DNA of 39,977 nt, from positions 1 through 39,977 of the forward strand of contig JBIPSI010000041.1 of assembly GCA_044070495.1 (NCBI GenBank), written 5' to 3'. The notes under the pieces were generated by a model. That model was not told where the DNA came from, made no database searches, and saw nothing but the letters and a program-made list of their open reading frames with translations. Every line of letters begins with the position of its first letter. Within the stretch, counting starts at the first letter, position 1. A program made the position numbers and the translations under genes. Source of the stretch: Spirulina sp. GTDB taxonomy: Bacteria; Cyanobacteriota; Cyanobacteriia; Phormidesmidales; Phormidesmidaceae. This document shows, piece by piece, positions 19,417 through 29,117 of the stretch.

Positions 19417-20085
19417 GTGACCATGCAATCTGCGCCCCAGCCCCCGGCCCGACCGCTGATCGTCGGCATTACCGGGGCCTCCGGGCTGATCTATGCCGTG
19501 CGTACCCTTAAGCACGTCTTGGCGGCGGGGGGCGTGGTGGATGTGGTGGCCTCCAAGGCCTGCCAGATGGTATGGCAGGCCGAAGAGGGGATTGCCATGC
19601 CCCTTGATCCAGAACGACAGGCCCAGTTTTGGCGACAGCAGGCCGGGGTAGACACAGCGGGCACCCTGCGCTGTCATCCCTGGGGCGACGTGGGGGCTTC
19701 CATCGCCAGCGGATCCTTTCGAGCGGCGGGCATGGTGGTGATTCCGTGCAGCATGAGTACCGTGGCGCGGCTGGCGGCAGGGATGAGTTCCGACCTGCTG
19801 GAACGGGCTGCCGACGTTCAATTGAAGGAGGGGCGCAAGCTGGTAATCGTGCCCCGCGAAACCCCCTTCAGCCTGATCCATCTGCGCAACCTCACCACCC
19901 TAGCCGAGGCCGGAGCCCGCATTGTGCCCGCCATTCCCGCCTGGTATCACCGTCCCCAGAGCATTGAGGATCTGGTGGATTTTGTGGTGGCTCGTGCCCT
20001 CGATCAGCTCGATATCGACTGCGTGCCCCTAACCCGTTGGCAGGGCCATCTGCCCCACGAAACGGATTCACAGGGGGCTCCCTAG
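19417..20085 (+). CDS. ubiX: Flavin prenyltransferase UbiX
   Basis: GITGASG, IASGS, PCSMST, RAADV.LKE and PRETP motifs. Confidence 0.97.
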   Translation: MTMQSAPQPPARPLIVGITGASGLIYAVRTLKHVLAAGGVVDVVASKACQMVWQAEEGIAMPLDPERQAQFWRQQAGVDTAGTLRCHPWGDVGASIASGSFRAAGMVVIPCSMSTVARLAAGMSSDLLERAADVQLKEGRKLVIVPRETPFSLIHLRNLTTLAEAGARIVPAIPAWYHRPQSIEDLVDFVVARALDQLDIDCVPLTRWQGHLPHETDSQGAP

Positions 20086-20105
20086 CATCCAGAACCCTAG
20101 GGTCA

Positions 20106-20194
20106 AGAACCCCGGTTTCTAGCCCGCCGCTGACGATCACTCGCTGGTTAGATCAGAAACCGGGGTTCTGAACCGTCAGAAACCGGGGTTCTGA
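20106..20194. repeat. Three copies of a 15-bp near-palindromic dispersed repeat AGAAACCGGGGTTCT
   Basis: One inverted copy at 20106-20120; direct copies at 20155-20169 and 20178-20192. Confidence 0.9.
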
Positions 20195-20264
20195 GGTGGC
20201 TGCCCTAGGCAAGCCACCCAACACGATAGGATAGGCAAAACCGCTGACCGAGAGGATTTAGGCC

Positions 20265-21299
20265 ATGGCAACAACTCGTTTGGTTGTGGGACTGTTGGCG
20301 CTGGGCACCATGCTGCTTCTGGGTTTCCAAAATTTGTCCCCCAGCTTACCCCTGGTCTTTCTCGGTGGGCGCACCCTGGCCCTGCCCGTGGGCATTTGGC
20401 TGGTACTGGCTATCCTTCTCGGCGCATTGACCACCCTTGCCCTCAACGCCATGGTGGGGCCACCGAATCGGGGTAAGCCCTCGCGAAATCGCTACAAGTA
20501 CGAACCCCAACCCTTCTACGAGCCTGCTAACCCAAGCGAGCCGTCCCATCCCAGTGAATTTGACCGTCGCCAAGAAGTGCGTTCCTCGGCGGATGCCGCT
20601 GCCCGAACCGCCGTCCCCGATGGCTCCTGGCGCGATTGGACGAATCTGCAATCCCCCACCGAGTGGAACAGTTGGGACGATCACCGTCGCCCAGAACCAG
20701 AACCCCAGCGACCGCCAGCGGGGGCAGCGCCACGATCCCCCTATCCATCGCCACCCGCCGCCGCCGCCCGATCCCCGTTAAGCTGGTTCAGCCGCCGCCC
20801 AGACAATGGCCCAGACAATGGCCCAGACCCACGGGTGCAGGAATCCCTGCGGGAAATCACCGACGACTGGGACGACATTGACCCGCGCCCCTACCGTTCC
20901 TCTGGCGTTAGCCCCGTGGAGGAAAGTCTGGAGGAAATCACCGAAGGCTGGGACGACATTGATCCCCAGGCCAGCGCTACCTACGACTCGCCCCAACCAC
21001 CTAGGGATTACGAAGCCCCCAAGCCCCCCACCCAGGTCTATCGGGATGGGTCGATCTATTCCTACAGCTATCGGGAACAGGCGGGATCTGGGCAGACCGA
21101 CCGCATTTACGCCCCCCCCGATCAAGGCTATGACGAGGGCTATGGCGAGGGCTACGGCCCTGACCGCTACGAGGACGATACCTACAAGGACGATGCCTAC
21201 GAAGGCCGGGATCCCGATTCCCCCGATTTGGAGGAAGAGGACGTAGTGGATGCCGATTTTCGGGTGATTATTCCCCCGCCCCCTGCGGACCCAGCCTAG
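20265..21299 (+). CDS. Cyanobacterial membrane protein (LapA-like N-terminus, long disordered acidic/Pro-rich tail)
   Basis: Two TM helices around QNLSPSLPLVFLG; low-complexity tail ending VVDADFRVIIPP. Confidence 0.8.
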   Translation: MATTRLVVGLLALGTMLLLGFQNLSPSLPLVFLGGRTLALPVGIWLVLAILLGALTTLALNAMVGPPNRGKPSRNRYKYEPQPFYEPANPSEPSHPSEFDRRQEVRSSADAAARTAVPDGSWRDWTNLQSPTEWNSWDDHRRPEPEPQRPPAGAAPRSPYPSPPAAAARSPLSWFSRRPDNGPDNGPDPRVQESLREITDDWDDIDPRPYRSSGVSPVEESLEEITEGWDDIDPQASATYDSPQPPRDYEAPKPPTQVYRDGSIYSYSYREQAGSGQTDRIYAPPDQGYDEGYGEGYGPDRYEDDTYKDDAYEGRDPDSPDLEEEDVVDADFRVIIPPPPADPA

Positions 21300-21387
21300 G
21301 TAAACGATTCGATGGAATCCTGTTGGATCCTGTGCCCAACCCCCATGGACAATCAGGGGTAGGGCATGGGTATTCAGGTTTCACGCC

Positions 21388-21425
21388 AAAAAACAAGGGA
21401 TGCATTTATCCAGGAATGCATCCCT
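21388..21425 (-). terminator. Intrinsic terminator downstream of the NCS2 permease
   Basis: AGGGATGCATT-N8-AATGCATCCCT perfect 11-bp stem, followed by TGTTTTTT on the minus strand. Confidence 0.8.
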
Positions 21426-21481
21426 ACTAAGCCCTAGCTAACCCATCCTACGGGGGCTTACCTTTAGTCTGTCCCACCGAC

Positions 21482-22894
21482 CTACTCGGCGATGAAGACG
21501 TAGCGCATCACGAAGATGGCCGCCAAAATCCACATGCCAATGGAGGTTTCGCTGGCTTTGCCCTGGAAGGCTTTGACCACAGGATAGGCGATCAAACCCA
21601 TGGCCAACCCTTCGGCGATGGAGAAGGACAGGGGCATCACCACAATGGTGAGGAAGGCGGCGATGGCGGCAGCGGGATCGTCCCAGTCAATCATGCGGGC
21701 GGCGGACATCATCATCACCCCCACCAGGATCAGGGCAGGGGAGGTAGCGAAGGCCGGAATACCCGCAAATAAGGGAATAAACAGCATCGCCACCAGAAAG
21801 AGTAGGGCGGCGACGACGGCGGTAAATCCGGTGCGCCCACCTTCGTAGATTCCCGAAGCGGATTCGATGTAGGTGGTGACGGTGGAGGTCCCCAAAACGG
21901 CCCCGGCGGTGGTGCCCACAGCATCGGCCATGAAGGCTTTTTCGACGCCAGGGAATTTGCCCTCGGCATCGATATACCCAGCCTTGGAGCCTAGCCCGGT
22001 GAGGGTGCCGATGGTGTCGAACAAGTCTACAAACAGGAACACGAAGATGATGCTGATCATCTCCCAGAAGTTGATCCTGAACAGCTCACCCAGGCCCACA
22101 AAGGCTTGGCCAAACAGATCCACCGGAGCCTGGGGAATGCCGACAATGCCCGTGGGCCACGGGGCTACCCTAAACACCCAGGAAAAAATAGCGGTGCCCA
22201 AAATGCCCCACAGCAGCGCCCCGGTGACGCGACGGGCAAACAGCGCCGAGGTCACCAGCAGCCCCAGAATCGCCACAGCGGTAGAGGGGGTTTTGAGGGC
22301 ACCTAGGGTGGTAAAGGTGGCTTCAGAGGAGACAATGATCCCGGCGTTTTTAAGGCCAATGTAGGCAATGAAAATGCCAATCCCGGCGGTGGTGGCGTGC
22401 TTGATCGCTTCGGGGATGGCCTCCACAATTTTGCTGCGAACGTTGGTGACGGTCAGCAGAATGAAGATAATTCCTTCGATGAACACCGCCGCTAGGGCCA
22501 CCCGCCAGTCGATGCCCAGACCTAGCACCACGGTGAAGGCAAAGTAAGCATTAATGCCCATGCCGGGGGCCAGCACGAAGGGAAACTTGGCATAAAGCCC
22601 CATGATCAATGTGGCAATGGCGGCGGAAATTCCCGTGGCCATCACCAGTTCACTATAGAGATCCCCGGATTCATTCAGGAAAACGGCCTCCGACAAAATG
22701 CCGGGGTTCACGATCAAAATGTAGGCCATGGTGACGAAGCTGGTGGCCCCAGCAATCACCTCGGTACGCAGATTGGTGCGATGGCCCTCAAAATCAAAAA
22801 AGTTGGCGATTTGGCCAGTAATGCCGCCCCCGCCGGGAGAAGGTTGTAGCCCTCCCCCCGGTGGGGTTTTTAGGTCTTCAGACGGCTGGGTCAC
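21482..22894 (-). CDS. NCS2/AzgA-family purine (guanine/hypoxanthine/adenine) permease
   Basis: TMAYILIVNP, LAPGMGINAYF, DLFDTIGT and YIESASG..EGGRTG. GTG 22894 has GAGGAG upstream. Confidence 0.95.
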   Translation of the reverse strand: MTQPSEDLKTPPGGGLQPSPGGGGITGQIANFFDFEGHRTNLRTEVIAGATSFVTMAYILIVNPGILSEAVFLNESGDLYSELVMATGISAAIATLIMGLYAKFPFVLAPGMGINAYFAFTVVLGLGIDWRVALAAVFIEGIIFILLTVTNVRSKIVEAIPEAIKHATTAGIGIFIAYIGLKNAGIIVSSEATFTTLGALKTPSTAVAILGLLVTSALFARRVTGALLWGILGTAIFSWVFRVAPWPTGIVGIPQAPVDLFGQAFVGLGELFRINFWEMISIIFVFLFVDLFDTIGTLTGLGSKAGYIDAEGKFPGVEKAFMADAVGTTAGAVLGTSTVTTYIESASGIYEGGRTGFTAVVAALLFLVAMLFIPLFAGIPAFATSPALILVGVMMMSAARMIDWDDPAAAIAAFLTIVVMPLSFSIAEGLAMGLIAYPVVKAFQGKASETSIGMWILAAIFVMRYVFIAE

Positions 22895-23020
22895 GGCGCA
22901 ACTCCTCACAAAAGACTAAAACGACTCAGCCCTTACTAATCGCCGGGAAACCAGGGTAAATCTGTTGTTTGAGATACAACTTAGCGGTTATTAACCTGTT
23001 TTGTCAGGCTTTCTATAGGT

Positions 23021-24022
23021 TCAGCCCTTCGTCGCTGGGTCGGTGTCGCTCAGTAGGCCGATGGTGGATGGGGATGGCTGGGTCGTCCATTGCATCACCC
23101 ACTGGTTAAAGGTTTCAGGGTCTTCGTCGTAGAGGCAGTGGCCCACATCGGGCAAAAACTGAAGCTGAAGGTGGGGATTGAGATCCGCCAAGCCGTCCGC
23201 CAATCTGGGGGGAATCACCCGATCCCGCTGACCCCACAAAATCAAGGTGGGTTGGGTCAGTTCCGTTAGCATTCCCGTCACGGAAGGGCTGAAGTTAGGG
23301 TCGCTGCGGGCGTTCACTAAATAACACAGGGTACGGGCGGCTCCTCGCTGTTGGGGCGGCAGGGCAAAGGTGTCGATCAGGTCCTCATCCACCGCCTCAG
23401 ATCGGACGTAAATGCCGCGCAAAGCCCGTGCCAAAAATTTCCGTTGCCGCACCACCCGAAACAAAGGCCGCAACAATAGGGGCGAGGCCACCAGGCTCTC
23501 CACCGTGCGGGCCAGATCTGCCACCCAGTCCGCTACCACATCTTCGCGGGAGGCCGCAGTAGGCACCGTGATCAACAACAACTGCCGGACCCAATCGGGA
23601 TGACGGTGGGCTATGGTCATCGCCACCAACGCCCCCAGGGAATGCCCCACCAAATTCACGGGCTGGCCGATGATCTGCCGAATGAAATCCGCCCCCTGCT
23701 CGGCCCATAGGGTTGCCCCATAGGAGGCCGCCGCCTTTTCCGCATCGCCAAAACCCAGGAGGTCAATGGCATAGACCGGAGCCATCGCACTCAACGCGGG
23801 CAAATTGTGTCGCCACTGGTTCAGGTTGGCCCCAAAACCGTGAATTAAAAGGATCGGCGGCTGTGAGCAATTCCCCGAATCCCCCAACGGGCCTGGATGA
23901 AACCAGTAGCGCACCCGCCAGCCCCGCCAGTGCCAAATCCGCTGATGACCCGCCTCCGCCAACGCCCCCGGACGCGCTCCCAAAAACACCGATTCCGTCA
24001 TGGATGGCTTTACCACGTTCAC
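23021..24022 (-). CDS. Alpha/beta-fold hydrolase
   Basis: HGFG, DLLGFG, GHSLG, WGQRD and VGHC give a complete triad. Confidence 0.93.
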   Translation of the reverse strand: MNVVKPSMTESVFLGARPGALAEAGHQRIWHWRGWRVRYWFHPGPLGDSGNCSQPPILLIHGFGANLNQWRHNLPALSAMAPVYAIDLLGFGDAEKAAASYGATLWAEQGADFIRQIIGQPVNLVGHSLGALVAMTIAHRHPDWVRQLLLITVPTAASREDVVADWVADLARTVESLVASPLLLRPLFRVVRQRKFLARALRGIYVRSEAVDEDLIDTFALPPQQRGAARTLCYLVNARSDPNFSPSVTGMLTELTQPTLILWGQRDRVIPPRLADGLADLNPHLQLQFLPDVGHCLYDEDPETFNQWVMQWTTQPSPSTIGLLSDTDPATKG

Positions 24023-24193
24023 CCCGTTTCCCTTGTCACACCATATCCGAATTAAGAAAAGTCGATTCTCAACCCGTCAACCTGTAGGGGCAAGATTGCC
24101 TTGCCTGCCCAGGTATCATGACCCACCCTTGCCCTAAATGGCGCGTTCAGGATTCATGTTGTCTCCTTCACCGGGAACCCACCAACGCTTAAA

Positions 24194-24234
24194 GCCCCTC
24201 TCCTAAACTTGGGAGAGGGGTTTGGGGAGAGGGC
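24194..24234 (+). repeat. CCCCTCTCC..GGGAGAGGGG..GGGG.GAGGG dispersed hairpin repeat, copy 1
   Basis: Similar copy at 33409-33449. Confidence 0.8.
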
Positions 24235-24315
24235 TACCCCGAAGGCTATGCAGAGAACCCGGTTTAGGTCATGCTAGATACCGACATACGGTAACTGATC
24301 GAAGGAGAGACCCCC

Positions 24316-25026
24316 ATGGCAGCAGAAATGGATCCTGTGAAGTTGATGAAGCAGGAAGTGGGACGGCAGGCGGCGGCGCGGGTGCAGTCCAACACTGTGG
24401 TGGGGCTGGGCACGGGTTCTACCACAGCCTTCGCGATTCAGTTCATTGGCGAGCGGCTGGCCAAGGGCGAAATCAGCAACATTAAGGGTGTGCCCACCTC
24501 CTTCCAGGCTTCCGTTTTGGCCAAAAAGCACGGCATTCCCCTCACCACCCTGGACGAAATCGACGGCATCGACATCGCCATTGATGGGGCCGACGAAGTT
24601 GATCCGACCATGAACCTCGTCAAGGGCGGCGGCGCAGCCCACACCCGCGAAAAAATTGTCGATGGCCTCGCCAAGGAATTCATCGTCGTGGTGGATAGCT
24701 CGAAGCTGGTGGACAAACTCGGTACCACCTTTGCCCTGCCCGTGGAAGTGCTGCCCCTGGCCGTTACCCCCGTCAGCAAAGCCCTGGAAGCCCTGGGTGG
24801 CCAGCCCGACCTGCGCATGGGCATCAAAAAAGACGGCCCCGTCATCACCGACCAAGGCAACATGATTTTGGATGTGAAATTCGAGGCCATCGACGACCCC
24901 GCTGGCCTGGAAAAAACTATCAACAACATCCCTGGCGTGTTGGATAATGGCCTGTTTGTGGGCCTTGCCACCGAAGTGTTGATCGGTGAAGTCAAAGACG
25001 GCCAAGCTAGCGTCCGCAAGCTGTAG
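24316..25026 (+). CDS. rpiA: Ribose-5-phosphate isomerase A
   Basis: GLGTGST, DGADEVD and [11 protein letters not shown] motifs. Confidence 0.99.
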   Translation: MAAEMDPVKLMKQEVGRQAAARVQSNTVVGLGTGSTTAFAIQFIGERLAKGEISNIKGVPTSFQASVLAKKHGIPLTTLDEIDGIDIAIDGADEVDPTMNLVKGGGAAHTREKIVDGLAKEFIVVVDSSKLVDKLGTTFALPVEVLPLAVTPVSKALEALGGQPDLRMGIKKDGPVITDQGNMILDVKFEAIDDPAGLEKTINNIPGVLDNGLFVGLATEVLIGEVKDGQASVRKL

Positions 25027-25055
25027 TTTCTCAAGCCATCACCCAGGTCAACGCC

Positions 25056-25643
25056 ATGTGGGACGACCGCTACAACCAAGCCGACTACGTTTACGGCAAA
25101 CAGCCCAACGACTTCGTGCGTCAGGTCTGCCATCAAATTCCCAAGGGCAAAATCCTTTGCTTGGCCGAAGGGGAGGGTCGCAATGCGGTGTATCTGGCCC
25201 AGCAGGGCTATCGGGTCACGGCGGTGGATGCCTCGGAAGTGGGCATGGCCAAGGCCCAACGGCTGGCGGCGGAGCACGGTGTCCCGATTCAAACCATCGT
25301 GGCGGACTTGGCGGAGTTTGAGATTCAACCCCAAAGCTGGGATGGCATTATTGCCATCTTTTGCCATCTGCCCCCGCCCCTCCGCGCCCAGGTGCATCGC
25401 CAGGTGGTGGAGGGACTACGCCCTGGTGGGGTGTTTGTCCTAGAAGCCTACACCCCCGCCCAGCTTGAGTTCAAAACCGGGGGGCCACCCGTGGCGGATC
25501 TGATGATGGACTGGCCCACCCTTCAACAGGAACTTACGGGGCTAACCTTCAAAATTGGGGAAGAACTGGAGCGAGACATCCACGAAGGCATTGGCCACCG
25601 GGGGCGCAGTGCGGTGGTGCAGGTCTTAGCCGTGAAGCCCTAG
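25056..25643 (+). CDS. Class I SAM-dependent methyltransferase (TehB-like)
   Basis: MWDDRY...YGKQPN and LCLAEGEGRNAVYLA SAM-binding motif. Confidence 0.9.
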   Translation: MWDDRYNQADYVYGKQPNDFVRQVCHQIPKGKILCLAEGEGRNAVYLAQQGYRVTAVDASEVGMAKAQRLAAEHGVPIQTIVADLAEFEIQPQSWDGIIAIFCHLPPPLRAQVHRQVVEGLRPGGVFVLEAYTPAQLEFKTGGPPVADLMMDWPTLQQELTGLTFKIGEELERDIHEGIGHRGRSAVVQVLAVKP

Positions 25644-25678
25644 GTCATCTTGGCCCAGCGCTATCGTTGGCGGCGACG

Positions 25679-25710
25679 ATTTAGATCAGACGTTATTTAG
25701 ATCAGACGTT
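25679..25710. repeat. Perfect 16-bp tandem duplication ATTTAGATCAGACGTT x2
   Basis: Read directly. Confidence 0.9.
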
Positions 25711-25778
25711 ATCTTTGGCAGAGGTGATCTTTGCCCAACCTGATGGTTGCCCAGCGTTTTCTTGCCCCATAGACAGCC

Positions 25779-26732
25779 ATGGATATTGAGTCTGGTGCTC
25801 GTGATTCGACAGCAACGCCTGGGACGGAGACGCTACCCGTAGACCTGACGCCAGCGGTGATTCAGCGGGTGCGAGAGGGGGTAGCCATGTCCACCGATCC
25901 CGCCGTGCGACAACACATTGCCAAGGATTTGGAGGAACTCAGCGCCATGGCCTCTGGGCAGGCCGATGGCCGAGTGAGCGGTCGGTTTCGGCGGTGGCTA
26001 TTGCGGCGATTCATCAAAGCGTTTTTTCGGGTGCGGATCGAAAATCCCCAGTACATCCCGACCGACCCCAATGTGCTGACGGCCAACCACCTCAGCCACC
26101 TAGACCCGTTCTTGATTCTGGCCTTTGTGCCGCCCCATCCCTACTACTACATCCTGGGGGATGCCCGCACCCTCTACAACAAACACTGGAAACGCTGGCT
26201 GCTGGGCTGGGCCGGGGGCGTGATTCCCCTAGAGCGCTGGTGGAAAGAAGAGATGGCGGTGATGGCCGCCGCCCAGGCCGACCGTCCTGACCTGAAGGAT
26301 TTGGCGGAAACGATTCAGCGGGATGTGCCCAACGGCAGTTCTATCCAGCAAATGCGCCAAATTGACCAGGCCGTTCAAGCCCTGCTGCGCCGGGGAGATG
26401 GCCTCTTGATCTTCCCTGAAGGTCGCCTGGGGGAACGGGAGGGCCAGATGCATCCCCTGAAGCGGGGCACGGTGCTCTATGCCATGCGATCTGGGGTGCC
26501 CGTCGTGCCCATCGCCATCACCGGCACCCAGGATCTCTACTTTCGCAAACGACTAACGCTGCGCTTTGGCCCCCCGGTGTCGGTGCCCCACCAGGCTCGC
26601 CCCAAACGCCAGGACATTGATGCCGCCCTGGCCCAGCTTGAGCAAGCCTTTGCCGCCCTGCTGCCCACGGATTATCCCGACCCCCCTGGCCCCAAGCTCC
26701 TCAGCCATTGGCTCAATCATCTCTTTTGGTAA
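25779..26732 (+). CDS. Lysophospholipid acyltransferase (PlsC family)
   Basis: NHLSHLD (HX4D), FPEG and VPVVPIAI motifs. Confidence 0.9.
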   Translation: MDIESGARDSTATPGTETLPVDLTPAVIQRVREGVAMSTDPAVRQHIAKDLEELSAMASGQADGRVSGRFRRWLLRRFIKAFFRVRIENPQYIPTDPNVLTANHLSHLDPFLILAFVPPHPYYYILGDARTLYNKHWKRWLLGWAGGVIPLERWWKEEMAVMAAAQADRPDLKDLAETIQRDVPNGSSIQQMRQIDQAVQALLRRGDGLLIFPEGRLGEREGQMHPLKRGTVLYAMRSGVPVVPIAITGTQDLYFRKRLTLRFGPPVSVPHQARPKRQDIDAALAQLEQAFAALLPTDYPDPPGPKLLSHWLNHLFW

Positions 26733-26843
26733 TCATTGTCCATGGCCGTTGGATTTCACCGCGAGACTGATCTCACGCCACGGATACCAGCCTCGGCGAT
26801 AAAATAAACCACAGTTGTCTAGCCGACCTTCTTTGTAACCCCT

Positions 26844-27305
26844 ATGCCCCTTGCCGTTGGTGATCCTGCCCCCGATTTTGCCCTGCCCGATGCAGAGGGC
26901 AACCTCTACAGCCTCGAAACCCTCAAGGGTCAGCGGGTGGTGCTCTATTTCTACCCCCGCGACAACACCCCCGGATGCACCAAGGAAGCCTGTGGCTTTC
27001 GCGATGCCTATGCCGCCTACCAAGACAAGGGTGTGACGGTGCTGGGGGTGAGTGCCGACGATGCTAAATCCCACGCCAAATTCACCGCCAAATTCAACCT
27101 ACCCTTTCCGCTGTTGATTGACGAAGGCGGCGAAGTGGCCAGCCGCTTTGGCGTTTATGGCCTGAAAAAGTTCATGGGCAAAGAATATATGGGTATCACC
27201 CGGAGCACGTTCATCATTGGCCCCGATGGCACCCTAGAAAAAATCTACCTCAAGGTAAAGGCCGAAACCCACGCGGAAACGGTGCTGGCGGATTTGACGG
27301 ATTAA
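26844..27305 (+). CDS. bcp: Thioredoxin-dependent peroxiredoxin Q (BCP)
   Basis: YFYPRDNTPGCTKEAC motif. Confidence 0.97.
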   Translation: MPLAVGDPAPDFALPDAEGNLYSLETLKGQRVVLYFYPRDNTPGCTKEACGFRDAYAAYQDKGVTVLGVSADDAKSHAKFTAKFNLPFPLLIDEGGEVASRFGVYGLKKFMGKEYMGITRSTFIIGPDGTLEKIYLKVKAETHAETVLADLTD

Positions 27306-27546
27306 TGAGGCCGATGCGTTGGGCCTATGGATGATCTCGACCTTTGCCTAGATGGGTCACTAGTCTATCCCTAAGCTTGGATCAAGACGGCATTTCGCCA
27401 AGGTTAGACCAGGACAACTTGGCTTCACCCTGGGTCGCATATTCCTGGGCTGCATATTTATAGCGCCAACCACTTAATGGGTCGTATCGCGATGGGTCGT
27501 ATTACTGTTCTTGGCTGGCCTCAACCCAGCCCGTTGAGGAAATTCC

Positions 27547-28002
27547 ATGTCCTACTTTGCCCATATCTTGCGTACCCTGGCGGGGGTGTTGTTTCGTCGG
27601 CCCATCCTCGGCACCTGCGTGATTCCGGTGCGGCCCGATGGCACCATTGTGTTAATTTTGCGCCGCGATAACCGCCGCTGGAGTCTGCCCGGCGGCCTAG
27701 TGGATTGGGGGGAGGATGTGATCACCGCCGCCCGTCGAGAACTGAGGGAGGAGGCGGGCCTTGAACAGGCTGAGTTGGATCGACTGGTGGGGGTATATTC
27801 CAAACCAAAGCGGGATCCGCGTTTTCATTCCGTCTGTGTGGCGGTGGCGGTGCGGGTGCAGGGCACGCCCTCCATTGGCGACCCCCGCGAAGTGCTGGAG
27901 GTGCGATCCTTTGCCCCCGATGCCCTGCCCTGGGACAACCTCGCCCACGACCATCGCCAGCATCTAGAGGACTTTTTCCAGGGCAAGACGGTTTTAGCCT
28001 AG
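27547..28002 (+). CDS. NUDIX hydrolase
   Basis: Nudix box GGLVDWGEDVITAARRELREEAG and RDPRFHS. Confidence 0.95.
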   Translation: MSYFAHILRTLAGVLFRRPILGTCVIPVRPDGTIVLILRRDNRRWSLPGGLVDWGEDVITAARRELREEAGLEQAELDRLVGVYSKPKRDPRFHSVCVAVAVRVQGTPSIGDPREVLEVRSFAPDALPWDNLAHDHRQHLEDFFQGKTVLA

Positions 28003-28105
28003 GTGGGGTTTTAGCCTAAGCTGAAATGAGGGGTCTGGCCCATGGGTCGGGGATGCACTCGCCCAATCGCCACCCTGCAATGGTTGTATCTCCTCAGTCT
28101 GGGCC

Positions 28106-28915
28106 ATGAAATCCTCCCACGATGTCGTCATGCGTACGGGTCGCCTCAAGGTGCCCAGCGGTACCCTGTTTTGGCACGAGGCCGGACGGGGGGAAACCCT
28201 CGTTTTTCTCCATGGTTCCTGGCACGACAGCGGCCAATGGCTTCCGGTAATGCAAACCCTAGCTACGGACTACCACGGTCTAGTCCCCGACCTGATTGGT
28301 TTTGGCGAATCGGTTAGCACCGCGACGGTTCACTCAGTAGATTTAGAAGTCGAAGCCCTACACACGTTGCTTCAGGCACTACGGATTTCCCGCTGTGTGC
28401 TGGTGGGGCATTCCCTGGGGGCTTGGGTGGCCCTGCGCTATGCCCAGCGTTACCCCGACCAAGTGCGTGGGGTGGCAGTGGTGGAACCAGAGGGATTGGT
28501 GGGTTCCCAGGGGTCTCGCTGGCGGTTGGATCGTTGGTTGGTGAATCCCCTATCGCCCTTGGTGCCCTTGATGACGGTGGCTTCCTGGTTGGGCGGTAAA
28601 GGGAAATTTCGGGCCTTGAAACGGCGGCGGCGCACCCTGCGTCAGGCTCCGGCAGCGTGCCAAATCCTGTTTCGGCGGCGTCCAGCCGACATTGCCGCAG
28701 AACAGATTGATCCCAACACCTTGCCGATTCAAGCCGTGGTGCAATTTTTGGCCAACCCAGCCGCCCCAGCCGAGGATGCCTCTCGATCCTCAGGCATGAT
28801 GTTGGGCCTAGTGCAGCCCATACCTGCCGCCGACACCCCCCTAGGCTTGGATGAAGCCGCCACCGCCGCCGCCCTCCGTCAGTTTTTGGCCACTATGCTA
28901 GTGACTCCAACCTGA
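28106..28915 (+). CDS. Alpha/beta-fold hydrolase-like protein lacking the catalytic His
   Basis: FLHGS, PDLIGFG and GHSLG present; no His anywhere after the nucleophile. Confidence 0.8.
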   Translation: MKSSHDVVMRTGRLKVPSGTLFWHEAGRGETLVFLHGSWHDSGQWLPVMQTLATDYHGLVPDLIGFGESVSTATVHSVDLEVEALHTLLQALRISRCVLVGHSLGAWVALRYAQRYPDQVRGVAVVEPEGLVGSQGSRWRLDRWLVNPLSPLVPLMTVASWLGGKGKFRALKRRRRTLRQAPAACQILFRRRPADIAAEQIDPNTLPIQAVVQFLANPAAPAEDASRSSGMMLGLVQPIPAADTPLGLDEAATAAALRQFLATMLVTPT

Positions 28916-28932
28916 TTGCCTGCCCCATCAAC

Positions 28933-28971
28933 CCTGGAGGATGGGCCTGGAGGATGGGCCTGGAGGATGGA
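28933..28971. repeat. 13-bp tandem repeat CCTGGAGGATGG(G/A) x3
   Basis: Read directly. Confidence 0.9.
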
Positions 28972-29117
28972 CGTTAGCAAAGTTTTGTGTGAATGGTCAG
29001 CAATGTTAACAATTAGGGGTGAATAAATCGGCAAAGTCCGGTACCCTAGGGGGTCAAGTCACCCTGTTCATCTTCGGGGATGCAATGTGAGACCATGAGA
29101 TCAGGATCAGGCCCGCC

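Noticed and set aside
20106..20194. Possible mini-CRISPR
   Set aside because: Units are 15-19 bp, one is inverted, spacers are irregular and no cas genes are present.
22895..23020. Purine riboswitch upstream of the NCS2 permease
   Set aside because: No recognisable purine aptamer core or three-way junction.
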